From Schmidtea polychroa (lineage: Eukaryota): a DNA stretch of 64,000 nucleotides. The stretch spans positions 26,848,001 to 26,912,000 of the forward strand of contig CM097885.1 in NCBI GenBank assembly GCA_044892525.1. The letters run 5' to 3'. Position numbers and translations under genes: made by a program. Below, in pieces: positions 45,899-60,330 of this stretch (positions within the stretch are counted from its first letter, which is position 1; every line of letters starts with the position of its first letter). The notes under the pieces were generated by a model, which was not told the origin of the DNA, made no database searches, and was given only the letters and a program-made list of their open reading frames with translations.

Positions 45899-47500
45899 AG
45901 GACATAAATGTTCAAGTAGTTGCGAACGAAATTGCTGAACAATCATGGAGAACAACAGATGAAAGAAAAATTGAAGAATTGGCTTAATAATATATATATA
46001 TATATAAATATAATTTAACTTAGAATTCCCCAGATCTGTTCATTTGTCCGTGATTCATTATATTAAATTAAAATCAGCTACCTCTATTGATTAATTCATT
46101 TTTTTTAAATTTATTAAAAATGAAATATTTCAAAAATACATTTTTTTAAATATTTCTTTAATTATTTCAGTTTATAATTTGATAAATTACAACCTGTAAT
46201 ACCAATACCGTCACGGGTCGGATAAATCATCTCGTAATAAATAATAAAATAATAATAATGAAGTTGCTGGCCCCCAAAATTTCACGTCAGACATCGTGCT
46301 TTCAAGTTAATTACCTCAAACTTTTTATAATATATATGTTGAGGATACCTAAATAATTAAATCCAATAAATATTAAAAAAGTAATATAATCGGGAGAAAA
46401 TATATGATGTGAAGGATGAGTTGTTCCAGAATTCTGAGCAACAAAAATTGATTAAAGGAAATTGAAAAAGAGAGAAGAATAACAGAGTCAAGAAAAAACA
46501 AATAGTAAAATACAATAATGTCGTTGTATCGTTATCAATTCAAAAAAGAAGTAGGAAAAACAAAAACAAAATCGAAATTAAATTTACTTATGTCGATAGT
46601 TTATCTCGTGATAAAGAAGGGATCAATGGTGAAGCCGAGATGTGGCGTCTTCTAAAAATTATATATATCGACAGCTTTTGGAGATAATAGAAGAACTGGG
46701 GATAGCCGAAGGGAATGTACGGAAAGAATCTTAAATGAAGTCAATATCAGTAAGTACCATTAGATTGAAGATTATAAAATGAAACACAACTTGAATCAAC
46801 TGACAGAATTTCTAAAAGACACAATTTGTAATGAAAAAAAGAATTTAAACGAAACCCAAGGTGAATTACGAATATATCAAAGAAATGATTTAAAATAAAT
46901 TAAATGTATCGAGTAAATTCAAGTTAAAGCTGAGAAAGCGACTATATCGAATCTACCAATCATTGAAACCAAGAAAGTAGTCGAGTGGTTTTGAATTCCA
47001 AGTTGTACTGTAAGCGTGCCATTCTTCCCGGAGGATTTTAAAAAGCATTCAAGCTATTGTTGTAACATTGAATTATATGTGTCGCTGTAAATTGGTAATC
47101 AATTGTGTTAATCAATAAAAGTTCATACTGCCTTGAGCTCTTTATTGTTATTAAACAAGGCATGCTTTGGAGTCAGATCAATAATTGGTGATATTTAATT
47201 TCACCGATAATTCCAACATATACATTATTTTACATTTTTAATTAAATTTTATGTAATTCTTACTAAAAAAATTGAAAATTTATCAGTAAAGAAAATTTTT
47301 TTACGATAGATTAGAAAATTTATCAGATTTATGTCTATTGTTTTGTGAAGCGTATGACAGTTTTGATACCTAGTTTTATTATTCTTGCTTTGGAAATCCC
47401 GTTATTAGATTAAATGGAATATTTTAATTAAATATTTTTATCTTTACTACTTATACTTTTAGAGTAGAATGTGTTAATTTATATTATTTCATTATTTTAA

Positions 47501-50135
47501 CTCTTTGAGTGCCGAGGAGTGCTATCGCGCTCCTGCATAGCCATCGCGTGACTTTTGGAGGCCCCTTGCCACTTGTCGGTATTGTGGCTCCTAAATTCAA
47601 AGTTTATTTTGGTCAATGTTTACTTAAAAGCTAAAACAAATAAAAATGAAAAGAAGTTTCATTTTTCATGTTATTTAATGTTTCAATCAAAGAGGAATCC
47701 TGCACACTTTGTGCCTTGCGAGAGCATCGATCAATGTTCGATGGATATCATTGCTAATCCACAAAACCAATCCTGTTCTGTAGTTGAGTGAAGATATGGC
47801 TTGATGAGCTTTAATTTAGAGAAACTGCGCTTTCCGATTGCGACACTCACAGGCATCGAAAGGATTATTTGCAAGCGACCACCACTTTCGGAAAAATCTA
47901 TGCGTGGATGGATTTCAAAATACAATCCATCACATCAAGGACTTTCTTGCACTCGGGTGATAGTAAATGCCAAAGTGTCCGAAGCTCTTCCGCCAGCTCT
48001 GTCTTCTTGATGTCCATCATGACAAATTGAACTTAGCCTTCGTGTTGGACATGTAATGTTAGTGCAGTGGATACAACTGTTCAATATTCCAGTAGCTTTT
48101 GATTTTCCCAGTGTTTCAGCGAAGGAATATTGTAAAGGAATGCAAAGGTGTCACTGTACATGTTCAACATTATATCCAAACTGGCGCGACACACGTCGGC
48201 GCCTATCAGCTGGAATCTTGGCTTGTATGTCCAGTTGTTCGATTAACTTATCTGCCGCGTCGAATGCTGATAAGAAAGTGTCGCTTTTGCGATAGCTGCG
48301 TAGTAAGCACTGCGTAGCTCTGATTAGCTGCTGGGCGACGTCGATTTGCATGTTTTCTTCCTGAAGTATTTTGTTGACCTTATTAATATCAACTAGCGGA
48401 TTGTGCCATATTATCAAGCACACTAGGAAGCCGTAACGAAGCAATTTCTTTTGCTAACGGGTTCGCCTCAGAGTTCCATTCGGAATTTTTACCTTTGTAA
48501 GTATCGTGAATGCTTAACAGCGCTGTGTGGATATATTGGGTTTAAAATCAAAGCGCTTTAATACTTGAAATTTTAAAAGTGAAAAAAACCTGACAGTGAC
48601 AGACTAATAACGTGGGTAAGAAGAAAAACATAAAATATCGCCGCGAACAAACAAATTAAACTTCCGGTGACTGAGCAAAAATAAATCTTGAATATCATTA
48701 TTTTAGAGAAATCAAATAAAAGTTAAAACTTCAAAAACTGCACTTTTTTCTTGAAAATTTGTAAAATATTGTAAAAACGGAAAGACGGGAGATTTACATC
48801 TCCCGGGTCAGAGTTAACCGAGAGACGGGAGACGAAAGCCGATTCCGGGAGATTCCCGACAAAAACGGAAGAGTTGGCAAGCCTATGTGTTGCTATGTGG
48901 TCCATTGACTTCTCATGGTTCTCCAAGGTAGAAATCTTGATATATTAGTTTTATTTTTCTTTCACCAACCAACTTGCAGCAGAAACAGTATACGACATCC
49001 TGCTGTTTGTAATACACAAGCCACGTTCGGATTATTGTTTCTCGATTTGGCAGCGTTTTAGAATATAAGTCCGTATTGAATCTTCCATTTTCTTTAGCTG
49101 TGGGTCATTTGGGAAAGTTTTAATGTTTTACCTGTATAACTCCAAGTTTCACAATATCAATATGCAAAGCATCTGATATATTTCTGGCCAAGATGCAAGG
49201 TCAGTATCGAAAGCAGTAACTTCTAGTGGCACGGCTAGCACTTCTTGGGGTATATTTTCAGCCATAGCTTGCTGATAACAATCAACGACACCATCTGAGC
49301 CATCCGCATTTAGTTTTGTTTTGGAAAATGTAGTCACTTCAACTACTTGTTGTGGGTTTTCCTTGCATCAACTAACTTCTTGTTGCGTGTTGCTTCCATC
49401 GGCATCATGGTCTCCTTGAGTGTTATCTGTGGCCGGTGGCCCAATGGAATCCGACTCTTACGGATGTGGATGGTAGCATAAATCGATTCATTGCTCCAGC
49501 CAAGCGTTTGCTCTCATACACTAGTTTGTCTCGATTTTTGCGCTTTTGTGCACCGGATTCATGTTTCCGGAATGACATTTTAGAACTGCAACTGTAACAA
49601 AAAACAAAATGTTTCAATTTGCATCCGTTGAAAACAGTACTCTTTCTGTTATAATCTTGTAACAAACATTTAGCTCACCGTCAAAGCTGAATTCAACTTG
49701 CAATTAACACAATTTTTACAAATAACAAATACTTGTATGACGTAAATCTTTATCAATGAGTCATATGCAGTGCATCGCCAAGAGAGCAACACAACCGATT
49801 ATAATATATCGTGCCTAAAAACTATTTATACAGTAAATACACGGGATTGACGGAGTTACACAATATTTAGTGCTACTTTAGCACAATTAAGCTGTTCGTT
49901 ACTAAGTTTTATTTATTTCTTCATTTTCATTATATTTTTTCACACATTTAACTTTAATGTCCTAGGCCCCTCGCGACGGCCCTGCGCTCCTGTACCTACA
50001 CAACCTAATACAATTTCTATTTGCTTTCTAAATGTTTTGAAATTGTTTAAGAAATATATTTTTAAATTTCTATTTTCCACTAGCACTGTGGCATTTTTAG
50101 GTAATTATCAAAAAATCATGTTGGCCCTCAATGGG
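47501..50135. mobile_element. piggyBac-type MITE (TTAA flanks) split by a hAT insertion
   Basis: TTAA-CTCTTTGAGTGCCGA ... TTGGCCCTCAATGGG-TTAA, 11/15 inverted match. Confidence 0.5.
47536..49984 (-). mobile_element. hAT transposon with decayed ZMYM1-like transposase
   Basis: TIRs CATAGCCATCGCG / CGCGACGGCCCTG; exact 8-bp TSD CGCTCCTG; ESGAQKRK N-terminus and PVSVA..RSFSKLKLIK dimerisation motif. Confidence 0.85.
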
Positions 50136-50534
50136 TTAAATTAATCATTTTTATCAATGGTGTGCTACAAACAGAGCTCTGGAAAATGCTTTTCGTTAAA
50201 ATTCTTCTTTGAAAATCTGTCAAATGATTTTCTTAAATTTACTTATATTATTTATTTAATTTACAATTTGCTATATAAAAAGTGTAACTGATATCACTCA
50301 CTAAGATCACATTGCATTAATAACGCTTTTATATTGTGATTCCCGGTTCTTTTTGTCGAGGCAATTGAAAGAAAATGATCCCTTACATTCCCTCCCATAA
50401 TTCCAAAGTATTATTAGGTGATAAACGGTTGGTTACTTTTAATATAAACAAGTTTTTGACACAGCCCTTATCAAATGTTACTTTATTTAGTTTATAATTT
50501 TTTGTTTTAATTAATTAATTTAATTATTTTGTAG

Positions 50535-50599
50535 ACAATATAACGATAGTATTACAGAAGCTGTTTTACGTTGTCCCTAGTCAAAAGAAAGTCAACTAG
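50535..50599 (+). CDS. SLC7 transporter last coding exon
   Basis: TAG acceptor, phase 1; DNITIVLQKLFYVVPSQKKVN* matches the LAT C-terminal QKL..VVP; AATAAA at 50831. Confidence 0.75.
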
Positions 50600-51618
50600 C
50601 TGCAATATGAAAATGAATTGTGTTTTTTGAATATTGTTGTTTAAATATTTATTGTTTATCTTAAATTTTGTTGTTTTTTATGATTGATTTTTTGTGTTAT
50701 CATTTTAAATTAGTCGAAGATATGATTCTGTGTTTTATAACTTTGTGACCAATTAAAATCTACAAAATTGTTTTTTTTGAAATATAGCTTTAGATTGTCT
50801 CGAAATTAAAGTTTTGTTTATAGTGTAAAAAATAAACAATTTTCAACTTGTAACAAATCGATTTCATTTTATTACAAAAAAAAATTCAAAAAAATTTGGA
50901 ATATTAATAGCAATTTCATTAAAAAATTTTAGGCTTAACCAGGTTCGGTTCCAGATACAGCAATTCCGGGCCCCTAGGCAGATAATTTCATGGGCCCCTA
51001 AACAATTGTTAATCGTACAACGCATAAAATAGCAGATGGCATTTTATTTGACGTTGCGACCTCTGGCCCGTGGGTGTTTTCTATAGTACACAAATGATAC
51101 GCATGGTTTCTGTTTCAGTAATCATGGTTAGTAAATATAACAGTTTTAGTTCCAGCATTAAAAAAACTTTATTTAGTTAATTTTTTTGCAATATTGATAC
51201 CGATGTTGATCTAACTACTTGTTGATTTTCGTTCAATTTATTCTGATGAAATTCAGATGCTTGAACTTTTAACTGATTGTAGTTAAGTCAACTTAAGTGC
51301 CAGTAATTTTTATTTAAATACATAACAAATCCAACCCGGGCCCTATGTAAGAGTAAAATAGGTATGTCTGATTTTAAAATTTTATTAAAAAATTTCGATA
51401 ATTATTGTGAACGTGCAATTTGTAAGGCGTTATTGATAAAGTCATTGAATCCGAATATTAATGTGCAGAATGAAGTGAATACTTGTGTTTTAAATGTTTT
51501 CAAATAATTTTTTGTATATTGTATGTATACTGCTTGTGAAATTAATTAATTAATAAATTTTTTAAAAAATAATATATAATTTTAATATATTAGTTATTCA
51601 TCCGTCGTGAATGTAGGT

Positions 51619-51657
51619 AACCTGATGATGATAGTGATGCTATCGAAATATATAGTG
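51619..51657 (+). ncRNA. Minimal hammerhead ribozyme motif with variant stem II
   Basis: CTGATGA-T-GATAG(TGATG)CTATC-GAAA-TATA-TA-GTG; stem I is weak. Confidence 0.55.
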
Positions 51658-51788
51658 AAAAAGATGTACGAATGGCAATTTTAATTAATGTTTTTAAAAA
51701 ATGAAATATTTTTATTAAATAATATAAAATTTTTTTTAAAAAAAAATAAATTTGTTTAAAATCCTTAATTTAGATAGTTATTATATCC

Positions 51789-51827
51789 CACCTGATGATG
51801 ACAGGAAAACTGTCGAAATATATAGTG
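51789..51827 (+). ncRNA. Minimal hammerhead ribozyme motif
   Basis: CAC-CTGATGA-T-GACAG(GAAAA)CTGTC-GAAA-TATA-TA-GTG; flank 51700-51860 nearly identical to 29622-29780. Confidence 0.7.
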
Positions 51828-52798
51828 AAAAGAATGTTTAATTAGCGTTATTTTATAATATAATAAAATAATTAATAAATAAATTAAAAAATTACTAAAG
51901 TATTAATTAAAATCAAATAATAATAAAATTATATAATAACATGTAATAAATTAAATAGCAGTAATTAAATAAAATTGAAATTAAAAAAAAAGATTCGATT
52001 GGTCTATATTTGATCTTGACATTTCATGAAATTGAACTTGAAAGTGAGTTGGACACCTTACTACATTCTGCGTTAGTTATTAAATTATTTTTTGAAACTT
52101 TATTATTTGTATCAAATTGTATTGTTATTTGTATATGTATCAAAAAGTCTCATGAACAAAATAATTTTTTTTAACAAATCATTTTATAATAAATACAATT
52201 TCCTAACGAACGATTGGATTACATTTTTAAGGCGTGAAAAAGTGTTTTAAGAGTTAATTAGGTACCGATCAATACAATGGCCAAGAATCTCAGTTCTAAA
52301 TGGATCAAATCATTTTTTAACAATCAACCTAGAAAATGCATATTATCAAATTCAATCTTTGAATGATTTAAAAAAACTTTATTTCAAATTTCTGTGATGA
52401 CCTTTTATTTTTTTATCGCGCAAAAAAGCTTCAGTATAAACATTATAAATTCCAAAACAAATTGTTTAATCTATCACATTTAATTCCGATTTATCATGAT
52501 AAATTGAATCAAATAAATTTCACACATTCAGTTAGAACTGTCTCGATAAATATAATCAGATCAATTTTGGCAGTTTCACAGGAAGAAATTATATCAATAA
52601 CTCTCCCAATCTATCGAAATATGAAATTCATTTGGGATTTGGGATCAAAATCATGTTTTATTTCCTAGCAAGTGGTAATCGTATTTATCCGGCATTCCCT
52701 ATCAGATGAAATACATCAAATCAATTATAAGCAGTGATTTGATTGGTGCTCGTGTGCGCCATAAATGGCATTGATCGATCAATCACTGTTGTGGAGAA

Positions 52799-53119
52799 AT
52801 GGAAAAATTATTCAATCAATTCGTTGAAACTTGCGATAAAAAGATTTCTGAAGCTACTAGGGTTTGTTTTCCTGTTTTGAAGATATTAGTCGGTATATTA
52901 AATGGCATTATTGGAATACTGGGAATTACTATGCTATTTGCTACAGTTTTCTTTTACATCATACCACCTTTACATCTATTCATTGATTCTCTAAAGCATA
53001 TTTTTAATTCTCACTCGATTTTTGCATCGTTGATTGTTGTGTCTATCATAATAATAATAATTTCTTTGTGTGGACTTTATTTTCTTTACAGAAACGAATA
53101 CGAAAGACTTGGATTGCAG
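52799..53119 (+). CDS. Tetraspanin exon 1 (TM1, TM2); spliced product ~299 aa
   Basis: ATG, two hydrophobic segments, CAG/GTAAAT donor in phase 0. Confidence 0.82.
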
Positions 53120-53468
53120 GTAAATATTTATAATAATAATTAATGAATCGAAGTTAAAAATACGGGATACCGAAAAATACCGATCTTGTGTCCCGCAACC
53201 TTTATCTATTTAGCTATATGAAGAAACTTTTGCAAGGGAAAATTGATCAAAATGATACAGACTTACAGTAAAACGTGGAACTTTTCTTGAAAAATCAAAG
53301 CCCAAAATTTTCTTCAAAAATGCCTTTTTGAAACTCTTGCATCGCTGAAAGAAGTATGTGGCTCACAATAGGTCTTTCATTGAGAATAAGGCCTACTTAT
53401 CTTTGCTGTTCTTATGTTAAAATATACCCTCCCTGTTGGTTTCCTAAAGCACCTAGTCCGGGTGCTTA

Positions 53469-54046
53469 TTGAACGCACAACGTACAAAACATTTTTCATC
53501 AGTTTATAATATAATGTCTTCTTTTGCGATGTTCGGAAGTACATATTTATGCGAGCAATTATTTTCTAAAATGAAAAACAATAAAACTCTCGAAAGATCA
53601 AGTTTAACTGATAAAAATTTATCGTCAATTTTAAAGATTACATCAGCTCAAAATATTGAACCAAATTATAATGATTTGATTAGTGAAAAACGATGTCAAT
53701 TATCTTCAAAAAATAATATGTTTTAATAGTATATAATACCTCTTTTGTATATTTTATAATAATATGTAATAATGTCCATTGTTTATTATTAAAGCTTTAT
53801 TTACTATAAAAAATATATAATACATTTTTTTGTATATTTTGTTTAATAATATATAATACCTTTTTTGTATATTCTTGAATAAATCGGTTATTTGTATTAT
53901 TTATCTCTATTATTTGTAAAAACGTATTTGAATAAATATGAAATATTTTTAATTTACTATTTTTAAATATTATTAAAAATTTGCGGACCCACGCCATATT
54001 TAGTTAGCTCATGTGGCCCGTGTGCAAATTGAGTTTGACAGGCCTG
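53469..54046 (+). mobile_element. hAT (SPIN/Buster-like) 3' fragment with right TIR
   Basis: FGSTYLCEQLFSKMK..RSSLTD motif; ends AGTTTGACAGGCCTG; the same end appears inverted at 55475. Confidence 0.75.
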
Positions 54047-54428
54047 ATATATAAGAATGTTTCAAATTCAAAGCTGTTTGCATCAATGTTGAGTAGAAAT
54101 TGGAAACTGGTAAAAGTCGTCATACATTTTTATTTTGGAATTTAATGCGCAACTGCATTATAATATTACTGAAATCTCATGTTAAAACTTATAAAGATTG
54201 TTGAAACTTATCTCCAGTTAATTTATTCTTATCTTATTTGTTAATTGCCTTGAAAATTATCAAAAATATCAGATTTTTACAACATTGCTAGCTATATTTG
54301 GGGGAAAACTATCTCCAGATTCCTGTTATCGGAATATGACAGACAGCTTTTTATTTTGATTGCATTTTTTATTAAAATAACTGTTAATTAATGCAGATGA
54401 TGAAATGAAAATGAAAGTGGCATTGAGA

Positions 54429-54523
<95 letters not shown>

Positions 54524-54711
54524 AATAATAATAATAATAACTATATTATAAGAAGTTCTTGCAATTTTCACTTTTGATTTCTTTTCAATTGATTATTAAA
54601 AAATTACTATTGAATCAGTAAAGATATCAATGTTTTTTTTGATATTCATGAATTTTCGGCACTTGAAAAATATCTTTACTGATTCATAGTCAATTTTTTA
54701 ATAAATACAAC

Positions 54712-54822
<111 letters not shown>

Positions 54823-55601
54823 CTATTTGATTTGAGATTTGAGGAATCTAGGTTGCTGAATTTAACTGATTAGAATGAGCCCAAGTTAGAAAGCAAAAAA
54901 ATTGTAATATACATTACCAGTTATGGTCAACACCAGGGACAAATTTCGGTGCTTCAATATATCTAGATTTTCAGTTTTGAATAGTGCTAATGGATTATCC
55001 GATACAATGGAAATTTTTTCAATTGAAATTATATTGAAATTGGTTGTTAATATTTTAAGAATTTGTTGTGAAAATACAAATAAGGTTTTTATTGCGTTGT
55101 GTTCATGGGTGTCTGCATTAGGGGGAAAGTGGTTTCCAATCATCTTATTTGTATAAAAACTTTCAATATTAACTGACGTTCTGGTTTTAAAAAAAGTGTT
55201 CTATTTTGTAAATTAATGAAAAAAAATTTCTATTTAGTAAATAAACAAAAAAAATTCCTATTTTGTATAATGCCCCCAATATTTATTATACACATGCATT
55301 TTTTTTCAACTCTCTTCCCCCCTAAAAAAATTGTCTACTTGGTAAAAAAAATATTTTTGCCCCCCCCCCTCCTTGGGAAATTTCCTGCGGACGCCCATGG
55401 TTGTGTTATTGAATCAAAGACATCATAAAGTGTTCTAATTCTACTGAAATATGGAAAAATCCAACAATATAAACCTGGCCTGTTAAACTCAATTTGCACC
55501 ACGGGCCACATGAGCTAACTAAATATGGTGGGGGTCCGCAAATTTTTAATAATATTTAAAAATAGTAAATTAAAAATATTTCAGATTTATTCAAATACTT
55601 A

Positions 55602-56105
55602 TATATGTTACAGTGAATTCATATCCGAATACGTTCTTACCAGTGGAAATATATTTCTACTGGTGAAAATATAACTTCACTAGCAAGTTTTAGTGAATGT
55701 GTATTCTACCCTAACCTATAATTGAATGTCAGTTTGTTTTTTTGTTTTCATTTAAAATACGCATCTAAGTAGATTAAGATAAGGAAATGGATTCAATTCG
55801 AGTTATTTTACGGTCAAGTTATCAAAATAATTCTTATATTCGATGGAAATGCTCTTTCTGTGTTCTCAAAAGTAGGACCTATCGGTCAACCGCTCCAGTT
55901 ATTTCTAGTCTGTAGACTACCCGAGTTAAAAGTTTAAATTTCACAGGAGATACAACAAGCTCAATATTTCCACGCGGCTTGTCAATGAATACAAATTCAC
56001 TAAATGTAACCAGTGAATTTGTATCTTCATTGTTAGATATACATTCACTGACCGGCTTAGTGAAAATATATTCTCACTGGTCATACAAATTCACTGTAAC
56101 ATATA
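55602..56105. mobile_element. MITE with 18-bp inverted ends inserted in a hAT end
   Basis: TATATGTTACAGTGAATT ... AATTCACTGTAACATATA; internal CAGTGAA subrepeats. Confidence 0.65.
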
Positions 56106-56143
56106 CAAATAACAAAAAATATCGATAAAATTATACTATAGTA

Positions 56144-56707
56144 CAGGCCTGTCAAACTCAATTTACACCATTAATGAAATTGAATAAATGAAATAGAAAT
56201 GAAAATAATTCTCATAAATGGTGAGTCATCCAATGATGAACACACCAACGTGTATTATAGAGACTTTTAACTTTCGGAATTAGGTGTATGATATATCTTT
56301 CAATAAAATAACGATAAAACACGATGTTAAAAATAGACTGAGCAGAGTGGCACTGCGTAGTGGCAACCCTAGGCGTTTTCACAGATGATGGTAACGATTG
56401 ACGATCAATGACTGACAGGAGTAGACAGTGACAGGAAGCAAGACACGTGAAGACTGCATTGTGTTGCCATAATTAAAACCGCAGCACGGTAATCACGCGA
56501 TTAATGTTGCCATATTTTAAATTATTCGAATGATAAATTGTATAAAAATAAAAGTATTAATAATTTGTTAAAAATGCCAAATTCATGTTTTTTTAAAATT
56601 TGATTAAATTAACAAATTAGTGTTTAAAATTTTTAAAAAATCCGAGTTCCACACGAATTATTTTTTACCGAGCCATTTGTCGGCGGGCCACGTGTTTGAC
56701 AGGCCTG
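56144..56707. mobile_element. hAT-type MITE
   Basis: CAGGCCTGTCAAAC ... GTTTGACAGGCCTG; no clean TSD. Confidence 0.6.
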
Positions 56708-57495
56708 TTATATATTAAGAAAATATTATATATGTTAACCATAAAAATTCATTCTCCAAACACGAAGAGATTGAAAAATTATTGGAATTTTCTTTTACGG
56801 ATAAATCTCTTAATGGTTTTTTAGAAAATCTGTAAATAGACGATTTTCTAATAGTAATTTAAATAATAAAATAGAAATATCAACGAATAATAGGATTTTA
56901 TTAATAAAATTTAAAAGTGAAATATTATGATTTGATAATTTTGTACTAATCGCTTTTCGATTTTGTTAATTTTCTAAATTTATTTTATTTAGAAAATCGC
57001 AGTATTATTTCTTTTTGTACTTATTTTTCTTAACCAATAACATGTAAATCGGAATCCCATATTGGATCAAATTATTGGTTCACCGGTATCTTTACCTCTA
57101 CTAACAATTGCTGGTATGGAGTTTAGCTGAATTTGATTGGCTACTCATACGAGTGTGCTCAAATGGACTGAAATACAGAAATTGTGGCGCAACTAGTACG
57201 AATTATCCAATCATAACAATAATGCCATCGCGTTGTAGAGTGAAAAAATCTTTATGAAAAAACTACATAGAAAGTGTCAATATAGTAATTGTTTGTATGC
57301 TTCAGTACCATTTCTATTGTATATGGCTTTCGATTCAAATTTATTTCATTCGAAAATTTAATACTTTTCACTTAACAGAGTCATTAGAATTTCTCATTAT
57401 CTGGATTTAATTCTTAAAATACTCATTAAATGATAAAAACAAAAATAATTAATTAATTTAAAAGATTTAATTTATCATAAATATTATATCATTAG

Positions 57496-57676
57496 GGCGC
57501 AAGTTACCTTATTCTTCTCATAATTATGATAGCTATCATATTCACATTCTGGGTGGAATGGCAAGCAAATGCACATTTTGGTATCTCTTACGCAACTCAG
57601 ATATATGATCCAAGCAAAACGCACAGTAAATATTATGAAATCATTCAAAAATTCCTGCGTTGCTGTGGAGCTAAAG
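57496..57676 (+). CDS. Tetraspanin exon 2 (TM3 and CCG motif)
   Basis: TAG/GTAAAT bounded; ..IQKFLRCCGAK. Confidence 0.88.
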
Positions 57677-57902
57677 GTAAATTTCACATTTTCAATATAC
57701 TCAAAACTATTATTAATAAATATTCATGGTTTCTTGGTAACAGTATATTGCAAATTGCATATATTAATTGAATAACAACAGTAAGCCTATGCTTCAAATT
57801 CTAATTAAAGAGAATTTTCGACTATAAAATAATCCTTTTCAATCTAATTTGAATTTCAGCTACTGCAGCAATCTTTCTAATTTAATTTCTGAATATGACA
57901 AG

Positions 57903-58344
57903 AAGGGCCCTAACAAGGGTGGTGCAAGTGGTGCAGTCGCACAGGGCGCACATTTGAAAGGGGCGTAAAATTGGAATGTAACATTTTTTTTAATGTTATC
58001 AAAAAATAACAAAATATAAATAAAAGAAATTATCAAATGGTCTGCAAGACGACGCCTTAGCTAGCCTATCTTTAACATTGCTGATTGGACTGGTCCATTA
58101 GCGTGCCTTAGTAGGTGTGTATTTTGTAAAATGTTAGTCCACAAAATGGGTTCCTCTCATTTTTTCAATTAGCAACAGAAATTTAAGAGCATTACTACCT
58201 ATTATAATAGCTGGAGATGAATAAATAGTTAACAATCTTAACATGAATATTATAATTATTATAGTAGGCTGTTTTGAATTCGGGTTTTAGGGGCGCCAGA
58301 TATATGAACCACACAGGGCGCAATAATGCCTTGTTACGGCCCTG
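57903..58344. mobile_element. hAT-type MITE
   Basis: AAGGGCCCTAACAAGG / CCTTGTTACGGCCCTG; flanks ATGACAAG / ATAACAAG (7/8 TSD). Confidence 0.7.
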
Positions 58345-58599
58345 ATAACAAGGCTATATCGAATGTATCGAGCGAAAATATTTCAGATGAAATCAGATAT
58401 AAATCTGATAAAGATTCCATTCAGTAAACATCAAACGATTATTCTAATATCGCAAGATGGCCCGAAAATATACCGCCTATAATTTGTTGATGAGGATTTA
58501 TCCTACTCAAATATTAGATCATAAGTTTCCTATAACTATCCAAGATGGTATTAGAGGTAGAAATAGAAAATTTAGCATAACATGAATGGTGAATCATAC

Positions 58600-59400
58600 A
58601 AGCAATAATAAAAAAAATTATCAGCATTATTTTGGAAAAAATATACAAAATGAAATGATTCAAATACTAAGTAAAACCATCAAAGAAAAAATTGAAATCT
58701 AGTAAATATTATTCTATAATTGTTGACTGCACTCCAGACCTTTCGCACACTGAACAAATGACAGTGATACAGTGGTACGTTTTGTTTCAATTTTGTTAGT
58801 CCCAGATAAAGTTAAAAATCAAACGGATATCTGCGAACATTTTTTGGATTTTGTATATATTGACATAGAAAATTCTTGAACTTTTACGGGAAACTGGTCC
58901 CTAATTGCCTGATTTAAGAGAACAATGGTATGAATATGGATCGAAAATGCAAGGGAAACACAGTGGAGTACAAAGCCAAATTTTAGCATTAAATCCAGGG
59001 GCATTTTACGTTCCTTGTTCCTCGCATTCATTAAACTTAGTGGTAAACGATGCAGCCAGATGTTGCGTAGGAGCTCTTACTTTTTTCGATATTTTACAAC
59101 GACTTTATGTGTTTTGTCGTCGTCTACACAACGATGAACATACTTAAACAAAATGTAAGACATTTAAAATTTAAGGGACTTATCGACATATCACTGAAAT
59201 ATCACAAGCCAAGTCCTCTTAGCGGTGAATTTGAATATTCCACAAGCTGTGTCTCTACTTTCAAAATCAGTTAAGTTCCTTAAAAATTACAGATCGGATC
59301 AAAGATTTAACTGCGTCCTAAAAGATGCAAGAAAGTTAGTTTTGGAACTGGAAATTGAACCTGAATTTCAGCTAATAAGGAATTGCCACCAAAAAATAAT
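58600..59400 (+). pseudogene. hAT (ZMYM1-like) transposase remnant
   Basis: YYSIIVDCTPDLSHTEQMT and GVQSQI..PCSSHSLNLVVNDAA motifs. Confidence 0.75.
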
Positions 59401-59879
59401 ATTTTATAATGAACACGGAGATGAAGGTGAAATGACAGAGAAACAAAATAACAATAAAAATATAGAATTAAAACATCATATTATTTCACAAATAGTACCA
59501 TTTGAAAGCCCATATAAAACTGTGTTGGTATATAAAAGGAGAGGATCCTAAGCATTAGTAGAACAAAATGGTTAAAAAAACAAATTTCTATCTCATCTTT
59601 CCATACTTTTTTGAGTTCCATGAAATCCCTCAAGGGTTCCAATAATTTAAAAGAAATTGCTTCATTTATCACCAAAAAAACATCAATAAAAAATTTTCAT
59701 TTCTCATAAAAAAACAAATATCGTAAAATTATGTGGTGTAAAGCAAGCTCACCCAAATCATTAAATTAATTTTATTACTTTTATATTTTTTATTGTGTAA
59801 ATCGATGTTACATTGAATGTTTTTATTTTTGAAGAAATTTGAATTTATATAAATAAATTTATTACAGATAAGGTTTCCA

Positions 59880-59980
<101 letters not shown>

Positions 59981-60176
59981 ATGTGCATTGTAAAGTATAT
60001 ACACATAGGTTCGTGAAATATTAATAGTCTATAAATTTATAACGATTCATACTGTATATTCAACTTCAATTGTTATTTAATTAAATCGTCTCTCCAAATG
60101 TGCAAAAATAATTTTTTGCCTGGGGCGTTAAGGCAAAGGTTGGCTGGATTCTGTAACCTACCGCGAGCCGGCCATA

Positions 60177-60311
<135 letters not shown>

Positions 60312-60330
60312 AATTTAAAAAATTCCCAAG

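Noticed and set aside
56992..57040. Possible extra tetraspanin exon after an AG at ~56992
   Set aside because: Stop codon after ~15 codons; exons 53119/57496 already join in frame to give four TM segments
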